Of a stretch of DNA of 64,000 nt, positions 1 through 13,407 are shown piece after piece. Numbering within the stretch: the stretch's first letter is position 1; each line of letters starts with the position of its first letter. The stretch lies in the NCBI RefSeq assembly GCF_964355755.1, contig NC_092674.1:17980001-18044000 (forward strand). The letters are read 5' to 3'. A program made the position numbers and the translations under genes. The notes below the pieces were generated by a model, which was not told the origin of the DNA, did not search any database, and saw only the letters and a list, made by a program, of their open reading frames with translations. This DNA comes from Antedon mediterranea. Taxonomy: Eukaryota > Animalia > Echinodermata.

Positions 1-764
1 GATAATAGTTGGGTTAAATTTAATTACAACTTTCATGAAAGTGAATTACGTAATTTCTTGCTGGTTTCATTGCATAGTACTAGTAGCTTGTTGTGTGTAT
101 ATCAAAACGGCAACTTCATTTTAAATGATGACGATAACATGTGGGAGTGGTCCCACAAGAGGGCGCTAGAGCGGATTGTCCCATTCTTAAGAAGGTGAAC
201 TTCGGTAAAATTCTTCTTTTCAAAATTCTTTCGCACTTCGTGGAAAAGGGCTATTGTCGGGTTTATCCAGGTAAGCAGGCACGTAATAGACTAAAATGTT
301 CGGCTACAGGTTTATTGAGGTTTGAAAGCTGATCTGTGTTGCGTCATTCTCATATGGAGAGTGTTTTTTTTTCTCCGACGTAATATTACAGTATATGAGA
401 TAAATTACTTTTTGGTTAGACAATTAATTGATTGTCTTATCCGAAAAATGCAGCCAGTTTGGTTACTCCTAAATTTTTCAGTAGAGTCAACCAATGGACA
501 AGTTTTTATAGCATACGTACTTAAAAACCCAGCGAAAAAACTTCACTAATTTTCAACATTTTTTGAATAAATATATATCTATCAGAAATAACAGAAGAAA
601 GCAACTACCATCCAGAATTGGAATTCAATTTTCATGGTGATTTTCAGTCTTCGTAAGTGTTATTATGAGATACGTTTGTTTACGAGGCCAGTTTGAATTT
701 ACTAACATTTGATCAAAAGGCGGTAAAGTGTCTATACCTATTGTTTCTAAAACCGTTTTTTACT

Positions 765-1915
765 ATGACTACTGTAGAACAAATAAATAGAAACAATGTC
801 AAACCATATTCGTTAAAGACGACGAAATTCGTAAAAAAGAAGAAGAATACATAAAAGATGAGGATATATACTTTGCTCTGAATAATATCATAAACTGTGA
901 CCACCTTATTGGAGCCCAAAAAGTTAAAAATCTATGGCGTATATATATAGATGATCACGGTGAACGAGTAAAAGCAATTTCTTCAGGTCTCAACATAAAA
1001 GGGAAACAAGCTAGCATGTATGATACGAATCCATATCTTAACAGAAACGAAAATGCTGTAAGAATCTTGATAAAAGATGTACCTTTGTCTGTGAGAAACG
1101 AAGAAATCCTAGACGCATTGAGAAAACTTGGTTGTAAAAATGACATACAATATGTAAAATTCCGTATAAATGGGAAACTATCACGCTTCTTAAACGGAGA
1201 TAGAGCAGTACTGGTTGAACCTTTCAAAGGGAGCCTACCCAGGTTTACCAAAATTAAAAATATTAACGCCAGAATTTTCCACAAAGAACAAGTTACACAA
1301 ATAATATGCTTTGAATGTGGGTTGAAAGGACACAAAATAAATGCATGTCCGAAAAAGTTAAATCAAATAGTGTGCTACACCTGTAACAAAACAGGACATA
1401 TGGCGTATAACTGCGAAGAAAAACACATAAGCGAACCCATGATTGAAAAAATTGGAATACCCTCAACGGAATTGTCATTCCCTAAAGAAAAAACCAAAAC
1501 GATTACGTCACGATCAGAAGATACAGAAACAGAAAGCGAAAATGAAGAAGATGAAGTTCTTTCATGCAGCAAAGAGAGTAGCAATGAGGACGAGGCTGGA
1601 AGTAAAATAATATCAACTACCAGTAACAAGATCAGACAAAATGAAGATGAAGCTTCTAATACTGGATATGTTCTAGAGGTGCTGAACGATCTCCTCACTC
1701 AACCAACAAGACCAGGAAATACAGTCGATTCAATGGAGCTGGTAGAAAAGGTTCAAGAAATTATGCATGAAACAATTCAAAAAGTAAAAATGATCAGCAA
1801 AGACAACGTGTGTGCAGAAAAACAAGAAGGTCATCAACTGACCAAGAAAGCAAAGAAAAGACAAAAGCAAAGAGAAAGAGAAGTCAAGGTATGCGACCGA
1901 TCATTGACTTTGTAA
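765..1915 (+). pseudogene. Tx1/L1 ORF1 gag-like zinc-knuckle protein, frameshifted N-terminus
   Basis: CFECGLKGHKINAC and CYTCNKTGHMAYNC. The upstream in-frame stretch GAQKVKNLWRIY is typical of Tx1 ORF1. Probable ATG at 765 is separated by frameshifts. Confidence 0.8.
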
Positions 1916-2196
1916 CTGTTGAAACTGATGCAGATGCCGCAGCCGTAGCAAGGCAAACGTTTGTTACTCATGGCAAAAGGAAAAAACTTACAGAAAGTGG
2001 TGAAAAAAATGTGGGAAAAAAATAAAAAAAATCAGATTCTGTAAGTTGAATCAATATTATTCTAAACTATATGCTTATTATTATCTTTGTAATAAACATA
2101 TCCTGTGTAAACAGTTCACATGTGTTTAGATAAATTATATAAAATATAAAATAATAAAAAAAAAATAAATAAACATGAAAAAAAAAAAAAATAACC

Positions 2197-5100
2197 TTTT
2201 ACATTTAATATTGCTAAATGTAAGAGGCTTGAGAGATAGTCATAAAAGAAGAAAGTTATTTAAATGGTTTGAAGATCAAAATGTTGATATTTTATTTTCG
2301 CAAAGACACACTTTGATAAAAGGTTAACTAGTCATGATATGTCATGGAAGGGAGAATCATACCATAGTTTTGGTTCGACCAACAGTAGGGGAGTTTAGAT
2401 TTTAATAAAATCAACTCTATATATAAAAAATGTTAATTGTAAATATATAGATGAAGGCGGCAGAATAAAAAAATGTATAACTTAATAAATATATATGCTC
2501 CAAATAACCTTGTTTTTTCGAAAAGTTGATAACTTATGTAACATAAAAGATGAATACGTTGTAATGGGAGGAGATGTTAATTGCATTTTGCAACATAATC
2601 TAGATCAGAGAAATAGTCTACCTACGCCTAAATATGACAAGTCTCCAAATGCTCTAAAAAAATGTATTATAAAAAATAAATTAATAGACATATGGAGGGA
2701 ATGCCACAAGAATGAAACCCGTTCACTTGGAGGAAAAAAGATACCTTTAGAAGATTAGATATATGGTGTATATCCAACTCCCTTTATAAAAACGGTGAAA
2801 TTCGTTCTACAGATATCAGACCATCAATTCTATCCAATCACCAGGCAATTTCTCTTAAAATTTTCACCAACCACTTAAAAAGAGGACCAGGTATCTGGAA
2901 ATTAAATAACAATATTTTAAAAGATGAGGTGTATGTTGAACGTATAATCTCCATGATGAAAGATACACAACAAAATAAACACAATTTAACCCCAGATTTG
3001 CAATGGGAGCATCTAAAAGTTAAAATAAAAGAGTTTTCTTGTAAATATTGTGCAAGAAAGAAAAAAGAAAGAAATTCAAACAAGTACAAATTAATTAAAG
3101 AGGTTAAGGAGCTTACCACTACGTTAAATATACTGTATGACGAGAAAATTGATAAAAAAATTGATAAAATAGGAAAAGAGTTAAGTGATATATACTCCAT
3201 AGAAGCAGACGTAGCTAAGATAAGATCAAGAATCGAATGGTTCGAGAAGGGAGAAAAGAACAATCAATTTTCTTAGGATTAGAAAAGAATAATGCTAAAA
3301 GAAAACATATTACGTCTTTGTTGAAGGATAATGGTAAAATAACAACAGAAATAGATGAAATTTTAGAAGAACAGGTTAAATACTACAAAAAATTATATAA
3401 AAATAAACATATTCCAGTTGAAAGAATAAATACATACTTATTAAATTCTAAGGTTAAAAAGTTATCAAAAGAAGAAAATTCTGAATGTGAAGGACTGCTA
3501 ACTGAAGAAGAATGTACAAAAGCAGTCTTTAAAATGAAACTTAATAAAAGCCCAGGAACAGACGGCTTAAGTGTTGAGTTCTACCTTAAGTTTTGGGTTT
3601 ATATTAAAATGATTGTATGTAATGCACTGAATTATTCATACTCCCTCCAAAGATTATCTAACACTCAAAGGAGAGGAATAATAAACTTAATATTCAAAAA
3701 AGGGCAAAGAGAGAGTCTTGATAATTGGAGACCCATAACTCTATTGAACGTTGACTATAAGATAATGACACATGTTCTATGTAATATATTACAAAAAATA
3801 ATAGGATCTATAATTAATCATGACCAAAAAGGATATAATATCATGGCAGGTTTGGAGGTGAAAACGTAAGATTAGTTGAAGACATACTAAATTACTCAAG
3901 TAACAAAGACAAACCTGGAGCAATTGTATTTTTAGACTTTGCTTAAGCTTTTGATTCTTTAGATAGAATTGTAATACTTAAAGTGCTGGTTCACTTTGGT
4001 TTTGGAAATTCTTTAATTAGTTGGATAAAAACAATATACACTGATACTGAATGTGTAATAACAAATAACGGATATGTATCTGAAAGTTTTAACATGGAAT
4101 GTGGCATACGCCAAGGATGTCCTATAAATCTGCTTTATTATTCATACTAGTAGTAGAGCTAATGGCAGTAAATGTAAAAGATAACCCTCAATGCACAGAT
4201 TGCACTACAGAGCATAGAGAAGAATGACAATAATATAGTTAAGATTGCCCAACTAGCTGATGACACGGTAATTTTTACACAATATGGAAATAGTCTGAAA
4301 TACTTTTTTAATGAAGTTGATATTTTCTGTAAGGTGTCTGGTTTGACTTTAAACAAATATAAAACAAAAGGTGTGTGGATTGGGTCAAATAAAAATAGTT
4401 GTTTAAAACCATGTAACATAACATGGACAATTGAACCAGTAAAATTTTTGGGAATTTATGTAGGCTACAATAAAGATAAATGAACTGGGACAATAAAATT
4501 GTTAAACTAGAAAATGTATTAAAGTTATGGGAGAAAAGAAACCTCACATTCTTTGGTAAAATTACAATCATTAAGACACTTGCCATTTCAAAAATTGTAT
4601 ATAATGCAAGTATAATAAATGTTCCACACTACGTCTATCCCAAAGTAGAAAAAATAATATATAGTTTTCTTTGGGGAAAGAAAAAAGAAAAAATTAAAAG
4701 AACAACACGCATCAAGCAAGTGTGTGAAGGTGGTCTTAATATGATTAATGTTAAGTCAATGGTAAGTTTGGTCAAAAGGCTTTTAAGTCCAGACCCCGGT
4801 AAATGGAAGTACATACCACTCTATTATATGTATCCCATTGAATATACTGTAAATACAAGCCTACTCAATTTAGAAGAACACATAGTTTTAAGAGGTTTAT
4901 CAGACTTTTATGTAGAAAAGTTAAAAGATGTGGTACACATCAACAATATTTTAGGTCGACATCCAATAAATGTAGCAGAAATTAAAACACAACATACCTA
5001 TTGAATGGAAAGAATCTATAGCGAGAAACCAATACGATGACGAACAGGTGAACACAATTAAGAAATCCTTGTTCCGAAAAAAGAACAAAGGTCAATTTTA

Positions 5101-5697
5101 TTATAGGCATTTTGTAAATGAAATAGCTACCAATCCCATTGCAGAGGCAAAATGGAAAGTAGTGTTCAATAATGCTGAACTAGATTGGTATGAAGTATGG
5201 ACAAATAAAATACACAACTTTAAGCACATAAATAAAATTGCACAATTTAATTTTAAATTACTACACAACATTTTACCTTGTAAAAAAAGGCTTAAAGATT
5301 GGGAAATAGTAGAAAACAATATATGTGACAGGTGTAAACAAGAAATTGAATGTGAATTACATATGCTAGTTGAATGTACAGCAATTCAAAATGTATGGCT
5401 TAAATTGAATGACCTCATAATTAAGTGTTTTCCAACAGAAGGTACTATCAATTGGTATAAAATAATAACAGGTACACGAAACATAATTGTAAATGAACTT
5501 ATTTCATTATTCACATTTTGCATTTACAAATCATGCATTTTGGAAAAATTTGAAAATTAGAAAAAACATAAAGTGATATGGAATTTGTTTGCATTTGAAT
5601 TGAAATCCTTAATTACAAATGAATACGGATGCAATTTTATTAAAGCAGACAAAAAATGGAAAAATGTAAAAACTAGCATTTTAGAGAACTTACCTTA
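2197..5697 (+). pseudogene. Tx1/L1 ORF2 (APE endonuclease, RT, zf-RVT), multiple frameshifts and stops
   Basis: LNVRGLRD, MGGDVN, GPGIWKLN, KSPGTDG, NWRPITLLNVDYK, GIRQGCP, QLADD and C-terminal CDRC..E..LHMLVEC. Confidence 0.9.
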
Positions 5698-8139
5698 ATT
5701 TGACTTCATTCACTATTTTAATGTATGCAATATTTTCATTTATCTGTACAGTACAATTTGAAATATGCAATATGTATAATGTATATTTTTTCTATTATAG
5801 CTTCATCTGTATGGTCTATTTACCTTTATGCCAACTATGACGTATCTATATCGTTTAAGAATTACATAATTATTTAAACTATTATACATTGGTTCGTAAA
5901 TGAATACGTTTATAAATACCTGTTAAGTCATGTTAATGAAAATGAGAAGAAATTACAATAAAGGTGGGCGAATCCCACGAAAGATAAAAAAAAAGAAAAA
6001 TGTAAGAGTAACCAAACTGGCTGAATTTTTCGGATAAGACAATCAAGTAATTGTCTAACCAAAAACCAGGACATTTCAATTTTAAAGTTCAATGTCAAAA
6101 GTTTAAAATTTCAAGGACAAAAACTTTTTTAACAGAATAAACAATTATAAGGATTACATAGTTATGATGTTTGTCAGAAAATTCAAGTACTGTAGCCACT
6201 AAAACATACAGTAAAAGGTATATCTTATGAAGTTTATGAATCATCAATTTTACGAATAGGTTGTGACGATGACATCATCGACGAACAAATAAATGTTTAA
6301 ATAATTGATTTCTAACTTGAATTTAAAGTCCACGTATCGGCGTATGGCCTAGAAAAACAAAATTAGTAGCTATGTAAACTACATACATATATACTTCATA
6401 GCTACACATACATAAATACTGTCTCGGTACCGCAGCATTGGCATTTATGTTTGAGGTCTATAAACACTTTATGCAAGCCAGTGATATAAACAGAAGGTGG
6501 TATGCACATGTCTGGTAGTGTCTCTTTGTACAAATCGTTTAACTTTCATGGCCCAGATCATTGCGATTTACACGTCCATCTGGGCTGTATCATGTTCCAA
6601 CAAAGAACAAAACTTCTAGTTATTTTCCAGGTGGTAGTATTCAGCATTAGAAATTTACCAAGTTCACTGCACCCATTGCATGTGCTTCTACTGGTAGTCA
6701 TTTGTGGAAATTTATGTTTACAGTAATTATATTCGCTATTGCTTTTAAATTATTATACACGACCGATACGATTAAAATTATTTGCGTTGGTTCCGTTTTG
6801 ACCAAGACGTACAGCATTTTGCCAGTGAAAAGGTACGTGATTATCGGGAGTTGTCCCTTTGTACGGAACAGTTCAACATATCTGGGCTGTGTCATGTTAA
6901 ATCCAGGGACCAAAATGCGTATCGGAATTATCCTATAGTCGATCATATAATATCAAATAAATTTAACAAAAAATCAAACCACTCACTAACTTTATTTGGA
7001 ATATCATGTACACACATCTGGTTTTTATTTTTTAGCAATAATACATTCTTTGCGTCGTATTGTTTGCTTTGCTCGATTTGTTGTTTATGCTTTTTATCGT
7101 TTGATGAGATATTTATAAATAACGGCGACCATACCATGCTGGAGATGTTTTTCTCCATACTTTAAACTTGCCTCCATTTTTGATCGATGACGTACGGTCA
7201 ATCCACAAGGGAAAATAATATTTGCAGTAATTGATTATATTTATTACTGTACCGGAAGTACCACATTCATCAGGGATTGTTAGTTTTCCGCCGTAAAAAG
7301 TAAGCTACGATAGTTTTGCTGTTTTCTAGTGCCATTTCCAGCCATATAGTCACGTAACAAAATGTGGCACATGCAAGCGAAATCGGACATAAGTCGCATT
7401 TGTAGATTTGTAGAAACAGCCAAAAACATTAAAAGGCTGAAAAATTACATTTTTTTATTTTTACAGAAAATGATAGCTGAAACAATATTTATTTACATTG
7501 CCTTGGTGTTTTTCTATTTTGAGACAAATAAATAGATACATTTTAAAATTTTGTGTAGTATGTTGGTTAAAAAGATGGTGTAAATTATCATGTTTTATGC
7601 TTAATTTGAAAGTGTTCTATTGAGTTGATTTTAATGAAATTTTGCATAACAATAGAACAATTGTTAATTAAGGAAGGTGCGAAGTTTCATTGAAATAAAA
7701 CAATTAGAATACCATTTTGCTAAGGCGTAAACTTACACGCCCTGTTTATTTTTTTGTTGTTGTCATTTCCTGTTACTTAACTTTAAAAGCATTTTTCTCA
7801 AAACACAGATTGTAACAACCAAAACTTTAGACCGAGATATCCTCTGGAAGTAGACATGGTATCAAGATATTTTTTTCAGTATTTTAAATCTTGGATTATG
7901 TAGTTTTAGTATTTGCGGAAATCTCAATTTTGAAAATTCCGACTTGCAGATGCCACAAATGAAGTAATACTTTTATTATTGTTCAGAGTTTTAAAAACAT
8001 TATTACAAAGAATTCATATTACGTTTCTGTATTATACAAATTTTGAGGACATTCAAATGTCAATTTCAAGGACTTTCCAGTACCTGAAAAAAGTAATTCA
8101 TTTTCCATGACTTTCAAGGAATTTAAGGATTTAGCTATC

Positions 8140-8581
8140 AAAATATTAAAGCTTGATCAACCTGTAGCCGAACATTTTAATTCAGATGGTCACTTGATTG
8201 CAAATTTCAGAGTTATTGCAATAGAACACGATGTCAAATGGAGCGACAAAACTCGTAAGAAAACCACTGGGAATTACTACTTAAAACCACAAAACCTTTT
8301 GGACTAATAAAATTAGGAACATAATCCCAGATCAGTAATTATTCAATTGACTACCTAAAATTAAGTTTCAATTAAACACCATTTAATCTGTTTTTCTAGT
8401 TCCATTCCCAAATTGTTTATATATACCAAGCTATCTTCTTTGTTTTCTACTCTTACTCTCGCCACCCTCTATTCACCAGCCTGTGCCTTCTTTGTTTTTA
8501 TTTCTTTTATTCCAGTCCACTAAGGCAGCGCTTGTCTGCTTAATACTATCTAAATTGTTCAAGTAATCTCACTTCCACTGA
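8140..8581 (+). mobile_element. Penelope-like element remnant (GIY-YIG C-terminus and 3' region); resumes at 12309
   Basis: PVAEHFNSDGHLIANFRVIAIE and, in a shifted frame, HWELLLKTTKPFGL match the PLE endonuclease C-terminus. Followed by a split hammerhead-like motif. Confidence 0.65.
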
Positions 8582-9842
8582 TAGTCCAGTATGAAATGTA
8601 GCGATATGATAAGTTGCATTTTTTTTTGCTATATTTGGTAAAAATTGGATATGTTGTAGAATACACATCACTGAATCCAAAAAGTATTTGCTCCATTTTT
8701 TTTTTCAAACGCAAGGGGGGTTGGCAGCCATTTCAAAATGGCCGCCATTTTTGACAAAATATTGTAAGTATATGGCATTAAAAGATGTTATCGAGATTGA
8801 AATTCAATCATAAAAGTAACAATAAATGTTCAAATAATATTTCACACCATTTTTGTAACTGAACAAGCCAAAATGGCCGCCATTATGCCCAAAATGGCTG
8901 CCATTTTATCCAATATGGCCATCATTTTATCTAAAATGGCCACATATATCAATCAAATATTTCTTTCAACTTTTATTCACATATATTTGGTAAAAATTAG
9001 ATATGTTGTAGAATAGACATCACTGAATCCAAAAAGTATTTGCTCCATTTTTTTTTCATACGCAAGGAGGATTGGCAGCCATTTAAAAATGGCCCCAATT
9101 TTGGACAAAATTGTTTCAAATATTGTAAGTTTATGACATTTAAAGATGTTATCGAGATAGAAATTCAATCATAAAAGTAACAATAAATGTTCAAATAATA
9201 TTTCATATTTGTGTAACAGAAAAAGCCAAAATGTTAACATCTCGGTACATTATAGATCCATATATCGGCCTGGAGATGTGCACGTAGTATGTGCTGGTGC
9301 AACGCTCCAGAAGTTGGTGGCAATTTTTCCACACCTTGATTATTTGGCAGTGTTTTGAACCGCTGACACCCTTTTAGTTCCAAGATGACTGCACAGAAAC
9401 TTCTCGCATCCTGCCTTCCCATTGAAAGATGGCATATTGTCTTTTCCGAGTTTGACTAGAGCTTCTATGATGTGAGGAGGTGACTTCATATACAATCTTA
9501 AAAGCTGTTTTTTTCCTGTGACCCGTAACACCACATCCAGTGATAGCATAGAAACCTGGTAGTCCGGCTGCCTTTTCTGGTCCAAGGTGATCGTATATTG
9601 GTTGAAGAGTAATTCTTCTTCCTGTTTCAGCTGTGCCTGAGTGTTAAAATTCCAGTATTTTCCCCCAACTGTTGTAGGCGCCTTAGAATTAAAACAAACC
9701 AGTCGGTATCTTGCGTGAAGAAGTCGACTTCATTTCCTGGTGTAGATGATATTTCAATGCCATGAGGGATCATTAGTGTGTCTACCTCTTCTTGGGTGTT
9801 CACGTGACTGTTACAATAGGATGATTAATATCACCTCAGCCT

Positions 9843-11090
9843 GTGAATTGCTATCTCATCATCGATGGAATGGCAGTTGTTCAAACTCTTATGAATGTTC
9901 AGACTTTTACCACCTGCAAAGATTTTGTGGAGGCATTTGTAGCCTGCATAGATTCTCTACTTAACAAATACATTGATGTTGGTGGACGTGTTGTCTTTGA
10001 CAATTATGAGAAGACACTTTCGCTTAAAGACGATATCCGATATCAATCATCTCCTCCTAACATTGTGGAAATTATTGTGGAAGATTCCACACTGATTAAA
10101 AACAAAGCAATATTCTTGTCAAGCAACACAACAAAAGATCAACTCACAATTTATCTTGCCGACAAATCAGTACGAAATTGTAAACATCCTATTGTAACAG
10201 TCATGCGACAAGATGAACACAAACACACCTGAACATTCCCCAACAACACCTGTGAGCACCCAAAGAGGTAGATATACTAATGATCCCTCATGGTATTGAA
10301 GTAGCATCTACACCAGGAAATGAAGTCGACTTATTTGTTTTAATTTTAAGGCGCCTACAACAGTTAGGGGAAAATTCTGGTATTTGAACAGGCACAGCTG
10401 AAACAAGAAGAATTGCTCTTTAATCAATATACGATCTCCTTGGACCGGAAAAGGCAGCCAGACTACCAGGTTTCCATGCTATCACTGGATGTACACAGGA
10501 AAAAACAGCTTTTAAGATGTATATGAAGTCATCTCCTCACATCATAGAAGCGTTAGTCAAACTCGGAGAAGACAATGTGCCATCTTTCAATGTGAAGGCA
10601 GGATGCGAGGATTTTCTGTGCGGTCTTATTGAAACTAAAAGGGTGTCAGCCAAAGATTCATCAACCCTGAGATGGAAACGGTTCAAAACACTGCCAAATA
10701 ATCAAGGTGTGGAAAAATTGCCACCAACGTCTGGAGCGTTGCACCAGCACATACTACGTGCACATCTCCAGGCCAATATATATGGAGCCATGTAACTATT
10801 GACCCAATAATTCCCGATCCATGCCAAAACTTGGCTGGTTTATAGAGAACGGTAAACTAAGACCAGTATTATACGAGAAGCAAACTGCTCCAGAAGCAGT
10901 TGTGGAGCTAATACGGTGTTCATGTTTAAGTACATCTTCCCATAATACATGCACGTGCAAGAAAAACAATCTACAATATACCGAGATGTGTAAATGCGAA
11001 ACAGACGAGAATAACTGTCACAATATATGACCATTGTTGTCTACATCCGATTCGGACAGTGATAGTGATAACGAAAGTGACGACGAATAA
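9843..11090 (+). pseudogene. Academ XPG-like nuclease / Cys8 finger C-terminal remnant
   Basis: ORFs 9843-10232, 10517-10795 and 10821-11030 are collinear fragments of one protein. Confidence 0.75.
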
Positions 11091-11201
11091 GTAAAGTAAT
11101 TAAACACAAATATTATTATGTTGTTATGTTGGTTCCTTTATAGCCCATGTATTAAATCAAAGTTAAAGAAAAAACAATTTTATTATGTGGCCATTTCAGA
11201 T

Positions 11202-11302
11202 CAAAATGGCGGCCATGTTGGATAAAATGGCGGCCATGTTGGATAAAATGGCGGCCATGTTGGATAAAATGGCGGCCATGTTGGATAAAATGGCGACCAT
11301 TT
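11202..11302. repeat. 21-bp tandem repeat (AAAATGGCGGCCATGTTGGAT, about 4.5 copies) in the Academ subterminal arm
   Basis: Directly visible; it produces the spurious NMAAILS-repeat ORF. Confidence 0.85.
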
Positions 11303-12308
11303 TGGTTGAAATGTCAGCCATTGTTCTGTTACACAAATGATGTGAAATATTATTTGAACATTTATTGTTTACTTTTATGACTGAATTTCCATCTCGATAA
11401 AACATCTTTTAATGCCATAAACTTACAATATTTTTAAAAAATTTGTCAAAAATGGCGACCAATTTGAAATTGATGCCAATCCCCCTTGCCTATAAACACA
11501 AAATGGAGAAAATACTTTTTGGATTCAGTGATGTCTATTCTACAACATATCCAATTGTAACTATAGGTGAATAAAAAAATATTTGATTGATATATGTGGC
11601 AATTTTAGATAAAATGGTAGCCATATTGGCTAAAATGACAGCCATTTTGGGCATAATGGCGGCCATTTTGACTTGTTCAGTTACAAATATGATGTGAAAT
11701 ATTATTTAAACATTTATTGTTACTTTTATGATTGAATTTCTATCTTGATAACATCTTTTAATGTCATAAACTTACAATATTTGAAACAATTTATTCCAAA
11801 ATGGCGGCCATTTTGAAATGGCTGCCACTCCCCCTTGCGTATGAAAAAAAAATGGAGCAAATACTTTTTGGATTCAGTGATGTCTATTCTACAACATATC
11901 TAATTTTTACCAAATATATGTGAATAAAAGTTAAAAAAAATATTTGATTGATATATGTGGCCATTTTAGATAAAATGGTGGCCATGTTGGATAAAATGGC
12001 AGCCATTTTGGGCATAATGCCGGCCATTTTGGCTTCTTCAGTTACAAAAATGATGTGAAATATTATGTGAACATTTATTGTTACTTTTATGATTGAATTT
12101 CTATCTTGATAACATCTTTTAATGCCATATACTTACAATATTTTGTCCAAAATGGCGGCCATTTTGAAATGGCTGCCAACCCCCCTTGCGTATGAAAAAA
12201 AAAATGGAGCAAATACTTTTTGGATTCAGTGATGTCTATTCTACAACATATCAACATTTTATCAAATATGGCAAAAAAAAATGCAACTTTCCAAAATATC
12301 CTAGACTA

Positions 12309-12345
12309 TGATGAAGGGCTAGTTTTGCCCGAAAACACATCAGAC
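12309..12345 (+). ncRNA. 3' part of a Penelope-type minimal hammerhead ribozyme motif, interrupted
   Basis: Removing the Academ element and one TSD gives cCTGATGA-a-GGGC-tagtttt-GCCC-GAAA-acacatcag. Stems I and III are poorly defined. Confidence 0.55.
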
Positions 12346-13237
12346 ACAGAAAATTCTACCTGCAAAAAATTGTTTGGGGATTTCAACCATTCATCAGATA
12401 CGGTAGGACTAGGTCTATGTCTTTTGTATTTCATTTATTATGTGTATTTACGATCCATATAAATAATAAGGCACAATGTTTAACATTTACAGTTTACCGT
12501 TCTGTGTTTAAACTCACGAAATCCCCGGCGCACACTGTGAGCGAAGTGTTACTCGTGCCAGTTGGCTTAGCCGAAAGCTCTAGTGTGTACCAGGCTTTAG
12601 TTTAAAATAATGCATGCATTAAAAAAGCATGTGATAAAGCCAACCAAGGCCCAACAGCTAAAAAACGTTGACCCTAACAACACAGCAAGCTGCTTAGCTA
12701 GCAGCGGATGGAGAAAACACGATACAAAAACAATTTCTTTGTACAGTAGGCCTTACCTAACTATTAATACACACAGTTTTAACCACTGTAAAATTCAAGC
12801 CAATGGCATGATGTAGTAGAATATAAATGATATATATTTTCTGAATTTCGATTTCTGAACCTTTTTTTGTTAGTACTGTATAATCCATATTTATAAGAAT
12901 TCAAAACATGTTTCTTTAGGAGGCCATGGTGGATGCCAACCCCTCTCACCCACACTACTCTTCACATGTATTGGACTATACCATTTCCTTGAATTTGGTA
13001 AAAACGTGTTTGTTTTATTATATTAGTGTACAATGTTAAATAACATTTTTCGATGGTCGCTGGATTATTGAGGTGGGTGGGATAAAATACTTTCACTGAT
13101 CTTCGGGAAGAGGCACTTTGGTACTAAAAGTGGACACCATGCAGGAACGTACATGGTATTTTCTTATCAGAGGGTGCGTGTATGCTAAAGCTACTCCACA
13201 GTAAACAATTACAATAATAATAATAAAAAGAAGTTAC

Positions 13238-13407
13238 CGCAGCTGAAATTAAAGCAGATTGGCCATTTTTATCAGTAACATTTACATTTACTTGATTGTT
13301 ACTCAATAGACTGGTGAGAGATTCATAATTTCCCGATGCTGCGGAGCAGATGAGCTTTTCTGATGCAACTTCTAATTGACCTTTGCAGCTATTATTTCCT
13401 CTTCTAC
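13238..13407 (-). CDS. ANKMY1: ANKMY1-like gene, exon D (first ankyrin repeat)
   Basis: Acceptor attag|GT completes the phase-1 codon from exon C. Encodes GRRGNNSCKGQLEVASEKLICSAASGNYESLTSLLSNNQVNVNVTDKNGQSALISAA (ankyrin-like). Donor GCG|gtaac. Further exons were not found and probably lie outside the window. Confidence 0.85.

Larger units (their letters stand above)
140..6000 (+). mobile_element. Tx1/L1-clade non-LTR retrotransposon, near full length, decayed
   Basis: ORF1 with two CCHC knuckles, then fragmented ORF2, AATAAA at 5957-5962 and an A-rich tail at 5986-6000. The 5' boundary is approximate. Confidence 0.85.
8582..12308. mobile_element. Academ (AcademX-type) deletion derivative 1
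   Basis: Termini TAGTCCAG..CTAGACTA with 3-bp TSD TGA (8579-8581, 12309-12311) and long subterminal inverted repeats rich in AAAATGGCGGCC. Remnant XPG/PIN-like motifs IIDGMAVVQ and LPPTSGALHQHILRAHLQA, and Cys-rich tail IRCSC..CTCKKNNLQYTEMCKC. Confidence 0.8.

Noticed and set aside
268-277. Strong splice donor CAG|GTAAG in the Tx1 5' region
   Set aside because: No convincing partner acceptor or exon could be established from sequence alone.
10821-11030. Host tesmin/CXC-domain gene
   Set aside because: It is the Cys-rich tail of the Academ protein, lying inside TIRs with a TSD.
11196-11405. ORF with NMAAILS repeats
   Set aside because: It is the translation of the 21-bp Academ subterminal repeat.
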